The position numbers were made by a program, and so were the translations under genes. The notes below the pieces were generated by a model that had not been told where the DNA came from, did no database searches, and was given only the letters and a program-made list of their open reading frames with translations. Shown piece after piece: positions 28,925 to 37,731 of a DNA stretch of 64,000 nucleotides (position 1 is its first letter; each line of letters begins with the position of its first letter). The DNA lies in NCBI GenBank assembly GCA_963749835.1, contig CAVVOD010000003.1, forward strand, positions 656,721 through 720,720. The letters run 5' to 3'. The DNA is from an uncultured Acidobacteriota bacterium. GTDB lineage: Bacteria; Acidobacteriota; Vicinamibacteria; Vicinamibacterales; 2-12-FULL-66-21.

Positions 28925-29299
28925 CTATTTGGACCGTTGCAGGACTAGCCGCGGTAGCTTTCCGCCGCTGGTGCCGACGCTGCGGACGAAGGTCAACTTC
29001 TTGTTCTGGGCTTCTCCTTCCCACAAGACTGATACCTCCTTGCCGTTCAGCATCGTCGTGGTCTTGAACGTCAGGCGATTGCCGTCTGCTTTCCCGTCAC
29101 CGATTGCCTGCGCGGGACTCTCGCCAATTGTGACGGCACCGGTCACGTCGGAGCCTTTGACGCTGAACTGCAGGACGACAACGGTGTCGCCCTGCGACTG
29201 GTCCTCACTGGTCCACTTTCCAGCAATGTCGGATTGTGCAGAAAGACCTGCCGATATCAGCCAGACGGCCGCGACCATGCCGAGACTCCTTGTTGTCAT
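28925..29299 (-). CDS. small secreted hypothetical protein
   Basis: ATG 29299 is preceded by GGAGGG. The signal peptide is MTTRSLGMVAAVWLISAGLSAQS and the mature part is beta-rich. G+C is lower than the window average. Confidence 0.55.
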   Translation of the reverse strand: MTTRSLGMVAAVWLISAGLSAQSDIAGKWTSEDQSQGDTVVVLQFSVKGSDVTGAVTIGESPAQAIGDGKADGNRLTFKTTTMLNGKEVSVLWEGEAQNKKLTFVRSVGTSGGKLPRLVLQRSK

Positions 29300-29385
29300 G
29301 ATGATTCCCTCCACGAAACCGATTCTTCCACTCGCACGTGCACCCACGAAGTGCACAACCGGCACGCACTCGAGTCGGCCAGTGC

Positions 29386-32058
29386 CTATGAGCCGCGGAG
29401 GACCACCACTGGATCAACCCTCGCCACTCTCGCGGCCGCGCACCAGGATGTAAGCAGGGACGTCAACGCGAGCGAGCCACCTGCCGCAGCGAACGTTGCC
29501 AGATCCCGCGGTGGCACGTCGTACAACATGACGGTCATCACAGGGGCCAGCACGAACATTCCCAGAACACCAAGTGCAATGCCAACCATCGCGACAGCGA
29601 TGTCGTGCCGCACTACCTGACGGACCACATCTGTCGGCCTCGCTCCCAGCGCAAGCCTTATCCCAATCTCACGTGTTCGTTGCGCGACGGAGTGAGCGAC
29701 GACTCCATACGCACCTGTCAGCGCCAGGAACAACGCCACAGCGGCGAAAAGGCACAGCAGGCTCAGACTGAAGTTGCGGTTCGCGATCGAAGCGCCAAGC
29801 ACCTCGTCCAGCGTCGCAAACTCCGCAATGGCCTGTGTATGATCGAGCCGGGCAATCGTCTCGCGGACCGACGGAGCGACGTTCATCGGGTCTCCGTGGG
29901 TTCGAACAACGACCCGCACGGACCTCAAAACCATGGAGCGCTTGAAAGGCGCATACACCTGCGGCAACGGTTCCGCGTCCAATTGCCAGTCTTTGAAATC
30001 GACAACGACGCCCGCAATCGTGCCGCTGACATAGGGTCCTGTCACGTGTCGTCCGATCGGCTCCTGCCCACGCAACACGGTTTCGACAAATCGCTGGTTC
30101 ACGAGGAGCGCGTCGGTCGACTCAACCGCGTCACTCGAGAGCGCGCTGTCGCTGGGCCATCGTCCTCGGATCAGGGGCACGCCGATTGCGCGCAGATACC
30201 CCAGAGACACGGGTTTGAATGTCGCGAACGTCTGGCTGCCCGGAACCGACTCGGACGTTTCCGGGGCAACGCCATCCACTTTGACCGGGGAGTTGAAGGA
30301 TCCTGCATCGATGCCAACGGCCGAGACTCCGGGCACGCCCTCCAGGCGTTGCAACAACTCCTGGACATACTGTTCCTGCGGAACTCGGCTCGCGTAACGC
30401 GGTCCTGATAACGACACTCTCGTGACTAGAATCTGTTCAGGATCGAACCCTGGAGGACCGGAGCTCATGAGCCAGAAGCTCTTGAACATCAACCCTGCGG
30501 CGATGAGCAGCGCCGTGGCGAACGTCAGTTCAAGGGTCACGAACAAGCTCCGAATGCGACGCACTCCAGGCGGGGGCGACGTCATTTTGTCTTCGCGTTT
30601 GAGCGCTGAGGTAAGGTCGGTTCTCGAGAGCGCGGCCGCAGGAGCGATTCCAAACAACACGGTGCTCACGAGAGCCGCGACGACTGCGAAGACCAGGACC
30701 TGGGCGTTGATAACGGCTCCTTCCAGGCGGGGAACGGCATGTGGCCACAACCGAACGATGGCCTGGAGTGCCCACTGCGCCAGCGTGAGGCCCGCTCCGC
30801 AACCAACGAGCGCCAACAGCAGACTCTCTGAAAACAGCTGGCGGACAATGCGGGTTCGTCCGGCCCCGAGCGAGGCGCGAATCGCGATTTCCGCCTGCCG
30901 TGACAACGATCGGGCCAACAAGACGTGCGCGATGTTCGTGGTGGCAATCATCAGAATCAACGCGACCGCGATGAGCAGGATCTTCAGGGGTGTCTCAACC
31001 GGGCTGACAACCTTGTCCAGCAACGGCACGACGCGGAGGGTCCTCCCTTCACGCAGCGGGGTTGGGAAGTCGCGGGCAATCTGGTCGAAGATGCCCTGAA
31101 GCTCGGTTCGCCCTTGTTCGAAGGCAGCGTCCGGTCGCAACTTGCCTACAACCCGGACCCATCCCGACACGGGACGCCCGCCAGGGATGCTCCTGTCCGG
31201 GGCCCCTGGCTGGCCTGGCGCGGTGGACAGCGCGATGTAGGCGGCTGGATCCATCAGGTCGTTACCCAACGCGTCAGGAAATGCGACGCGGTAATCACGG
31301 GCGAGCACCCCGACGATCGTCACGGGGTACCCGCTCAGCGTCACAGTCCTCCCGAGCACACTTCCGTCGGCCTTGAATTTTTGTTCGAACAGCCGGTGGG
31401 AGAGGACAACCGCGTTCTGTTCATCCGGCGCGAACAACCGGCCGAGCTCCGCCTTTGCCCCTGTCATGGCCCAGAAGTCTTCCGATACCAGCGTGACCTG
31501 CTCGTCGTTCGCTTGACCGGATGCGAGAAGGGCGACGTCGGCCTGGCCGTATGCGGCCATTCGCTCGAACGACTTCGCACGGTCGCGCCAGATGGTGAAA
31601 TCCGGCCGCGACACCATGGTGTCGATGTTGAAACGATAGGCGTGGGGCGTGATCCAAACCAGTCGTTCAGGATCTGGGTGCGGAAGCGGACGGAGCAGCA
31701 CGGCGTGAAAGACGCCGAATATCGCGGCATTCATGCCGATAGCGGTCGCCATCGTCAGAACGACGACGACGGATACGCCGGGACTCCGGCGGATCATTCG
31801 AAGGCCGTAGCGCATATCCTGCAACCACGAATCCCAGGATCCCAGCCAGGCCTCGCGCGCCTCCTCCCTCGCCAGCATGACGTTGCCGATGGCTCGTCGG
31901 CTCGCATCCTGTGCCGCAGACGCCGGTAGACCTTGCCGCTCCAGGTGCATCTGTCGCAACGAGCGGTGCGCCTCGATCTCCTCGCGAAGCTCCGCGTCGA
32001 GGCGAGATTGTCGGAGGAGGTAAATAAACTTGCGAAGCCATCTACGCATCTGCGACAC
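29386..32058 (-). CDS. ADOP-type duplicated MacB/FtsX-like permease (lower-GC copy)
   Basis: 890 aa. N-terminus RRWLRKFIYLLRQSRLDAELREEIEAH, two FtsX halves, C-terminus AARVARVDPVVVLRGS. A hand-counted line (30421-30480) gives about 55% G+C. No intact PadR lies upstream. Confidence 0.9.
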   Translation of the reverse strand: MSQMRRWLRKFIYLLRQSRLDAELREEIEAHRSLRQMHLERQGLPASAAQDASRRAIGNVMLAREEAREAWLGSWDSWLQDMRYGLRMIRRSPGVSVVVVLTMATAIGMNAAIFGVFHAVLLRPLPHPDPERLVWITPHAYRFNIDTMVSRPDFTIWRDRAKSFERMAAYGQADVALLASGQANDEQVTLVSEDFWAMTGAKAELGRLFAPDEQNAVVLSHRLFEQKFKADGSVLGRTVTLSGYPVTIVGVLARDYRVAFPDALGNDLMDPAAYIALSTAPGQPGAPDRSIPGGRPVSGWVRVVGKLRPDAAFEQGRTELQGIFDQIARDFPTPLREGRTLRVVPLLDKVVSPVETPLKILLIAVALILMIATTNIAHVLLARSLSRQAEIAIRASLGAGRTRIVRQLFSESLLLALVGCGAGLTLAQWALQAIVRLWPHAVPRLEGAVINAQVLVFAVVAALVSTVLFGIAPAAALSRTDLTSALKREDKMTSPPPGVRRIRSLFVTLELTFATALLIAAGLMFKSFWLMSSGPPGFDPEQILVTRVSLSGPRYASRVPQEQYVQELLQRLEGVPGVSAVGIDAGSFNSPVKVDGVAPETSESVPGSQTFATFKPVSLGYLRAIGVPLIRGRWPSDSALSSDAVESTDALLVNQRFVETVLRGQEPIGRHVTGPYVSGTIAGVVVDFKDWQLDAEPLPQVYAPFKRSMVLRSVRVVVRTHGDPMNVAPSVRETIARLDHTQAIAEFATLDEVLGASIANRNFSLSLLCLFAAVALFLALTGAYGVVAHSVAQRTREIGIRLALGARPTDVVRQVVRHDIAVAMVGIALGVLGMFVLAPVMTVMLYDVPPRDLATFAAAGGSLALTSLLTSWCAAARVARVDPVVVLRGS

Positions 32059-32363
32059 CCCCAGCTACGCCGCTTCCAGCACGGGGCTGGATTCGATCGA
32101 ACCATGCGTTCGAACTCCGCTCGTTCCGCGTTCGTTTGTCCCATCACCAGTTGATGGGGAAGCTACATGGTTACGCGGAGAAATGCAAACTGATGGATTA
32201 GGATGGCGGAGAAGATGGAACTCGTGGTCGCTCACACGAATACTGCACGCGCAGCGAGTGTACCTGTTCCGGGCTACACTGTCCTCGAACTCGCGCCGCC
32301 GACCCCATAAGCGTTCATGCCCCGAGCGTCCGAAACTTCCTCCGTCATTCCGACGAACGCGCG

Positions 32364-33995
32364 ATGCGACTGCTCACTCCGATGCTCCAGATTCAGCGGG
32401 GACCACACATGACTCGAACGAACGCCGTCGTTGGCGGTGTGACATTGGTGATCGGGCTGGTGGCAATCGCCATCGCGTTGCCACGCGCCCAGGCGGGCGC
32501 TCCCGCGAAGCCGGCAGCAGGAGCGCGTCAGGGCGGTGCGCCGGACCAGGGCGGCCGCGGTGGTCCCGACGCCAATCCGACGGCTGCGCTCTTCACGGCG
32601 CAATGTTCAGGCTGTCACGGCACGGACCTGGCCGGAGGCCGGGCGCCCAGCCTGTTCGATGAGCGGTGGCTCGCATCGACGACGGACGAGCGAATTGCGA
32701 ACGCGATTCGCAATGGTGTTCCGAATACCGCCATGGTGCCGTTCAAGAACTTGGGTGACGAACAGATCTGGCAACTCACGCAGTACGTGCGAACGCAGAG
32801 CGGCGTCCTGAAAGCGCGTCCCGCGTTCGTCGTCGCCGCCCTGGACGGCGCGGTGGTGAAAAGCGAGAAGCAGACGGTGCGTATGGAAGTCGTGGCCAAG
32901 GATTTGGACACGCCATGGGGCATCGCGTTTCTGCCCGACGGCCGCATGCTCGTCACCGAGCGGACTGTCGGCGGCGGTCAGCTTCGGGTCGTGGAGAAGG
33001 GCGTCCTGCTGCCGGCCGTGAAGGGCACGCCACGTGTCCACGTCCAACAGGATGCCGGGATGTTCGATGTGCAGGTGCACCCGCGGTACGCCGACAACGG
33101 CTGGATCTATCTGTCCTACGCGGAGCTCCTTCCCGGCTACACGCCGCCGGCCGCGCCGGCCGCCGGCACGGGTCGCGGCGGAGCGACGGCGCCGTCGATG
33201 ACCGCGATCGTCCGCGGACGACTGAGAAACAACGAGTGGGTCGATCAGCAGTTCATCTATCACGCGCCGCCGGCGCTCTACACGGCAGACGGTTCGCACT
33301 TCGGGTCGCGATTCCTCTTCGGACGTGATGGGCATCTCTTCTACTCGATTGGCGATCGCGGCGTGATGCGGAACGCGCAGGATCTGTCGAGCCCGCTCGG
33401 CAAGATTCATCGGGTGAATGACGATGGGACGATTCCGGGCGACAACCCGTTCGTGAATACGCCGAACGCGGTAGCGTCAATCTGGAGCTACGGCCATCGC
33501 AACCCGCAAGGCCTCGCGTGGGATCCCGTCTCCGGCCGGCTCTGGGAAACGGAGCACGGGCCCACGGCTGGCGACGAGGTCAACATCATCGAGCGCGGAC
33601 ACAACTACGGATGGGGAATCGCGACGAAGGGCACCGAACCCGGCATCACCAAGAGCTCGGAGCCGGGGATGGACGAGCCGATCGTGTACTACATCCCGAC
33701 GTACGCACCGGCGGGCATCTCGTTTTCGACAAGCGATCGCTATCCCGCCTGGAAGAATACGAGCCTGTTTGTCGGCGGTCTCGCCGGGCAGGCACTTCGC
33801 CGTCTCGAAATCTCCGGCAGTCGGGTGACGCGACAGGAAGTGATCTTCAATCAGTACGGCCGCGTGCGCGACGTGGTCGAAGGACCGGACGGCTACCTGT
33901 ACCTCGCCATCAACCACGCCACCGGTGCAGGAACGAACTACGGTCTCATCGCGCCGGTCCCTGGCTGGGTCGTCCGGCTCATGCCAGTGCAGTAA
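32364..33995 (+). CDS. PQQ-dependent sugar dehydrogenase (soluble glucose/sorbosone dehydrogenase family) with N-terminal cytochrome c domain
   Basis: A CSGCHG haem motif with a downstream Met region (NTAMVPF). The SGDH propeller follows (PWGIAFLPDGRMLVTER, HFGSRFLFGRDGHLFYSIGDRG, WSYGHRNPQGLAWD, GHNYGWG). An alternative start at ATG 32409 (MTRTNAVVGG..., TM/signal) is likely. Confidence 0.85.
   Translation: MRLLTPMLQIQRGPHMTRTNAVVGGVTLVIGLVAIAIALPRAQAGAPAKPAAGARQGGAPDQGGRGGPDANPTAALFTAQCSGCHGTDLAGGRAPSLFDERWLASTTDERIANAIRNGVPNTAMVPFKNLGDEQIWQLTQYVRTQSGVLKARPAFVVAALDGAVVKSEKQTVRMEVVAKDLDTPWGIAFLPDGRMLVTERTVGGGQLRVVEKGVLLPAVKGTPRVHVQQDAGMFDVQVHPRYADNGWIYLSYAELLPGYTPPAAPAAGTGRGGATAPSMTAIVRGRLRNNEWVDQQFIYHAPPALYTADGSHFGSRFLFGRDGHLFYSIGDRGVMRNAQDLSSPLGKIHRVNDDGTIPGDNPFVNTPNAVASIWSYGHRNPQGLAWDPVSGRLWETEHGPTAGDEVNIIERGHNYGWGIATKGTEPGITKSSEPGMDEPIVYYIPTYAPAGISFSTSDRYPAWKNTSLFVGGLAGQALRRLEISGSRVTRQEVIFNQYGRVRDVVEGPDGYLYLAINHATGAGTNYGLIAPVPGWVVRLMPVQ
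33932..33993 (+). repeat. left copy of imperfect 62-bp direct repeat (last 20 codons of the sugar dehydrogenase gene)
   Basis: Aligns base by base with 40482-40542. By hand count, 53 of 62 positions are identical, including one 1-nt gap. Confidence 0.8.
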
Positions 33996-34039
33996 CGGCT
34001 CGATTCGATCCGGCCCAGGAGAATCCCGCGAACGAGTGA

Positions 34040-35500
34040 TCACTCGAGCATGTCCGAGAGTTCTCTCCGGCCGAGCTCCTCTTCGAGGGTGGACGGCTCG
34101 ATCATCCGATGGAGGTCTGGAATGACGTGCAGCAGCGCGCGCATGTGGTGCTCGATGCGTTCGCGGACGAACTTGCGGAACTCTTCGTTCCTCAGGCTGA
34201 CGAGATCCCTCAGTTCCTCGGGCATCGCGGGCGGGACGTCGTCGAGCGGCGCCAGCGCCGCATCGAAGCTCTCGCGGAATGCCTGCAGGCGATCGAGATG
34301 CTCCATCAGCTTCCGGTCGCCGTCGCGCCCCGTGATCGCTTCGAGCTGCTTCTCGAACAGGTGCCGTTCCGCCAGCGTCTCTATCGTCTCGTTGCTGAGG
34401 GGTGAGACGAACACGCCGACGAACTCCTCACGGAACTTCTTATCCAGCTCTTCTGTCACTTTCCAGTTCTCATCCAGCTCCCGCACAATCTCGTTCTGGA
34501 ATGCTGTCCCGTCGTCGCGCTGACGGCCGGTCGCAAGGTCGGAGATCCAGTCGGGAAACTCGCGGCGCGCTTCCTGGATCCACTCGTGCGCCACCGTGAC
34601 ATTGTTCTCCTTCATGTACCGGTCGACATCACCGCGGGTCTTGTTGAACATCGTGAGGACGCCGCCGCGCTCTGTGCTCACGAGCGTGCGGTAGGTCTGC
34701 ACGAGCTCCCGGTGCAGGCGCGCGCGGTCGACGAGCGCGGCCGCCGCGAGCTCGAGCTGCTGCTGCGCGGAACGGAGCTGGGTCTCCATGTCGCCCGGCA
34801 TGCCGTCGGGCTTGATCTGCTCGAGCACCCATTGCTTCAGGAACTCGACCGCTGTCTTGAGCCACTCCCCTGCCGGCCCCAGCTGCGCCTTTGCCTTGGC
34901 CTTGAGCTCCTCAACCTTGCGCTTTGCGGCCTCGGCCGCCTTCGCCGCATTGTCCACGAGCTCTTTGTGCCACTGGTCCAGGTCCTCGACGATCTCCTTC
35001 ACCATCTCGTCGATCCTGCGCACTGCCTGCAGCTGGTCGGTCTCGAGCGCGGTATCGGCGCTCAGGACGAACTTCCAGCCGTCCTGCAACTCCGCAATGA
35101 GCTTCGATAGTCCGTCCTGGTGTTTGAGGATGTCGTCGAGGAACCGCGGCGCCTCCATGGCCATCATCGGCTCGAAGAACGACTCCTCTGCCTGCAGCGC
35201 CGTGGCCCAGAACAGCTGCAGCGGCGGGGGCAGCATCAAATCCTTCACAGCGTCGCCGAACAGCCGGTTGTACTCGGCGCGGAACGCGGTCACGCGCGCG
35301 TCCCAGCGTGCTTCGGTTCCCAGGTTCCCGGCGCTGGCCTTGGTGATGATGTCGACGAGCTCGTCGAGCGCCCGCTGCCGCAGATCCACGTAGCGGTCGA
35401 TGCACTGCGTCAGTGCCGTGCGCACACGCTCGTCCGCGCCGACAGCGGCCTGCGTCAGTTGCTCGCGAAGCTCTCCGGGGCGAGCGCCATAGGCCGCCAT
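34040..35500 (-). CDS. hypothetical all-helical protein (486 aa), unknown function
   Basis: Long ORF with high GC3 and an E/K/R/L/D-rich helical composition. There are coiled-coil-like stretches (AAKAAEAAKRKVEELKAKAKAQ). No TM segment, no signal peptide and no catalytic motif I recognise. It starts 24 nt after the stop of the upstream PDZ gene. Confidence 0.6.
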   Translation of the reverse strand: MAAYGARPGELREQLTQAAVGADERVRTALTQCIDRYVDLRQRALDELVDIITKASAGNLGTEARWDARVTAFRAEYNRLFGDAVKDLMLPPPLQLFWATALQAEESFFEPMMAMEAPRFLDDILKHQDGLSKLIAELQDGWKFVLSADTALETDQLQAVRRIDEMVKEIVEDLDQWHKELVDNAAKAAEAAKRKVEELKAKAKAQLGPAGEWLKTAVEFLKQWVLEQIKPDGMPGDMETQLRSAQQQLELAAAALVDRARLHRELVQTYRTLVSTERGGVLTMFNKTRGDVDRYMKENNVTVAHEWIQEARREFPDWISDLATGRQRDDGTAFQNEIVRELDENWKVTEELDKKFREEFVGVFVSPLSNETIETLAERHLFEKQLEAITGRDGDRKLMEHLDRLQAFRESFDAALAPLDDVPPAMPEELRDLVSLRNEEFRKFVRERIEHHMRALLHVIPDLHRMIEPSTLEEELGRRELSDMLE

Positions 35501-35524
35501 CGTCTGCCTCTTCTCTCAACGCCG

Positions 35525-37178
35525 TCAGATCGACTGGCGGGTCGCAATCCGCCACGGACCGCCGCCGCGGCGCTGCAGCGTCCACTGCCGGTTCACCTCG
35601 GAACTGTTGAACGCGTGAAACTTGCCGTCGAATTCCCCGATGTGTTCGAGCTCCGCGCCAACCTGCTCGATCCGAGGTGCGCCGGGATACTCGTCTCCGT
35701 TCTGCAGCATCCGCGGCTCGTCGACCCAGACGACGCGGACGTCACAGACCGTCTCGAGCATGCGGCGCTGGGAACGAACCCAGTCCTCGTCCCGGGTGCC
35801 TGGCGCATACGGATCGAATGGATAGTAGATGGGACGCTGCTCGTCCGGGAGGAAGCGCCAGACGGCGAAGAGCTGATTCCAGACACCTTGATCGCCCGCT
35901 TTGAGCGCCGCAACCATCGCCTCGAGGACCTCGCGCGGACTGGCTTCATCGGGCGGCACGGTCGCACGCGGGCGCCTGATGTCGTCCTCGCCGGCAAACG
36001 GCGATTCGTCTTCGCGCACGACCGAGAGGTCGACGAACATGGCATCGTCTGCGAGCACGGCGATCGGCTGGACCTCGAATCCGGCCACGCCACGGCCGCC
36101 CATGACGACCATTCGCGGGTCCTGAAGGACACGGCCGACGAGGGCATAGGTATCGCGGATGCGGGGCGTCACGAGCCGCTTGTAGCGCTGCTGAGCCAGA
36201 AACGCCCTCCGCATGTCCGGCGCATCGGCCGGCACGAAGAACCAGGTCCGATTCTGCTCGGACCAGAGAAAGCTGCGATCGACGCTGACGACCCATTGCG
36301 ACGGCGGAATGGCCGGCAGCGCCACGAGCTTCCCGGTCACCGCCGCACGATCGCCGCGCAGTGGATCGACGGAGGGGATCTCGTGCAGCAGCTCGCCGTC
36401 GTGTGCGCCGAGGTATGCCTTCCACCCCTCGGCGGCGCGTCGTGCCACAGCAGCCGTGCGCTCCTCTTCGACCTCGCGAAAATCGAGAGCGTCCGGCGTC
36501 AGCGTGTAGAGCGTCCCCTCGAGACTGCTTCGGACCGCATCCCAGTCGGCCTTGACGGCATCCGCAAACGGTCCCGGATAGGTGCGGCTCAGGAAGTCGA
36601 CGCGCGCGCCTTCCTCCAGATGGTCCGCAAGGGTGCGGCGCGTATTCAGTCGTGCCTCCCAGCCGCCGTCGAGCACGCGCTCCCAGTCGAAGACGCGCTT
36701 TTCGTACCAGCCGGACCACGGGCCGTCGAAACCGTCGGTGATGAGCGACTCGGGGCCGGTCGGGCCCATGCCACGACGCCCGTTCTCGCCGCTATAGGCG
36801 CGCTCGGCCCGCACCTGGCCGGTCACTTCGATGATCTCCCACCCCTCGCCCGGATACCTGCGCCGCCGGACGCTCAGGCGCAGCGGACTGCCGTCGACCA
36901 GCCCGCGCCCCTTGAAGGTGTCACTCTCGTTGAGGCCACCCGGCAACTCGCGAATCGCGCGCTGCATCGCGGGCGTGTCGGCCGGCCGGACGAGCGCTAT
37001 CCCGTCGATGGCGACAATCTGATCGCCAGCGCGCAGTCCGCTGTCGCGGAAACCGCTGTTCCACGCGATCCACGACACGCGGAGCGCCGGCGTACAGGCT
37101 CTCGAGCAGGCTGCGCGTGCTCAACCCGCTCCGCAGCGTGTCAAAGACGATCTCGCGCCAGTCAACGCCTTCAGTCAT
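35525..37178 (-). CDS. hypothetical PDZ-domain protein (about 550 aa), apparent 5'-proximal frameshift
   Basis: The 517-aa ORF begins in a PDZ-like segment (GLRAGDQIVAIDGIAL). The upstream ORF from ATG 37178 (MTEGVDWREIVFDTLRSGLSTRSLLESLYAGAPR, 30/37 GC3) joins it by a 1-nt shift near 37075. The remainder has no recognisable family. The C-terminal ~120 aa may be NTF2/SnoaL-like (a guess). Confidence 0.55.
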
Positions 37179-37375
37179 GGTCCATCAGCGGGTGAAGATT
37201 GCCGCAACTGGCACAAGCGAGCAAGGGAAATGGAGCGGGGATTCTCGTTCAGGCCAGGTGTGCCGCGCCAGTCGAGCACTCGTCCGCGCGTCCTGACACC
37301 GGCCGAAGGTCGTGCCAGGTGCAAGGGCTCGTTTTAAACCTTTTGGCCGGTGTATATATCTAAAGAGACAAACGT

Positions 37376-37726
37376 ATGACCGGACACCGACATCCGGAGC
37401 CGCCGGCCCTCGAACCGCACTGGTTCCAGATGCTGCTGGCGCTCGCGGACCAGGATCTGCACGGGCTCGGCATCATGAACGAAGTCCTGGAGCGAACCGG
37501 CGGCCGGATGCGGCTGTGGCCGGCGATGCTGTACCGGAACCTCGCACGGCTGGCGGACCTCGGGCTGGTTGCCGAAGTGGCCCAGCCGCCCGGCGCACGC
37601 GCCGGGGGAGGACGGCCGCGTTTCTATCACATCACGCCGGCGGGCCGCCGCGCCTGTGCGGCAGAGGCGGAGCGCCTCGCCGGATTCGTGGAGGCCGCCC
37701 GCCGCAAGCGGCTGCTGAAAGCGTGA
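37376..37726 (+). CDS. PadR family transcriptional regulator
   Basis: FQMLLALADQDLHGLGIMNEVLERTGGRMRLWPAMLYRNLARLADLGLV...RFYHITPAGRRA. Its stop overlaps a GTG of the downstream ADOP reading frame (GTGA at 37723-26). Confidence 0.9.
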   Translation: MTGHRHPEPPALEPHWFQMLLALADQDLHGLGIMNEVLERTGGRMRLWPAMLYRNLARLADLGLVAEVAQPPGARAGGGRPRFYHITPAGRRACAAEAERLAGFVEAARRKRLLKA

Positions 37727-37731
37727 ACCGG

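Noticed and set aside
32059-32160. Possible dead PadR C-terminus upstream of the ADOP at 29386-32058 (frames read ...AERAEFERM... and ...SPVLEAA-stop).
   Set aside because: Only ~25 codons of weak, frame-split resemblance are present. No winged-helix portion could be reconstructed in 32160-32360.
37209-37224. TGGCACAAGCGAGCAA, a sigma54-like -24/-12 sequence upstream of the PadR gene at 37376.
   Set aside because: The GG-to-GC spacing is one nucleotide short of the strictly conserved distance. The -12 region lacks the TTGC context, and no activator is linked.
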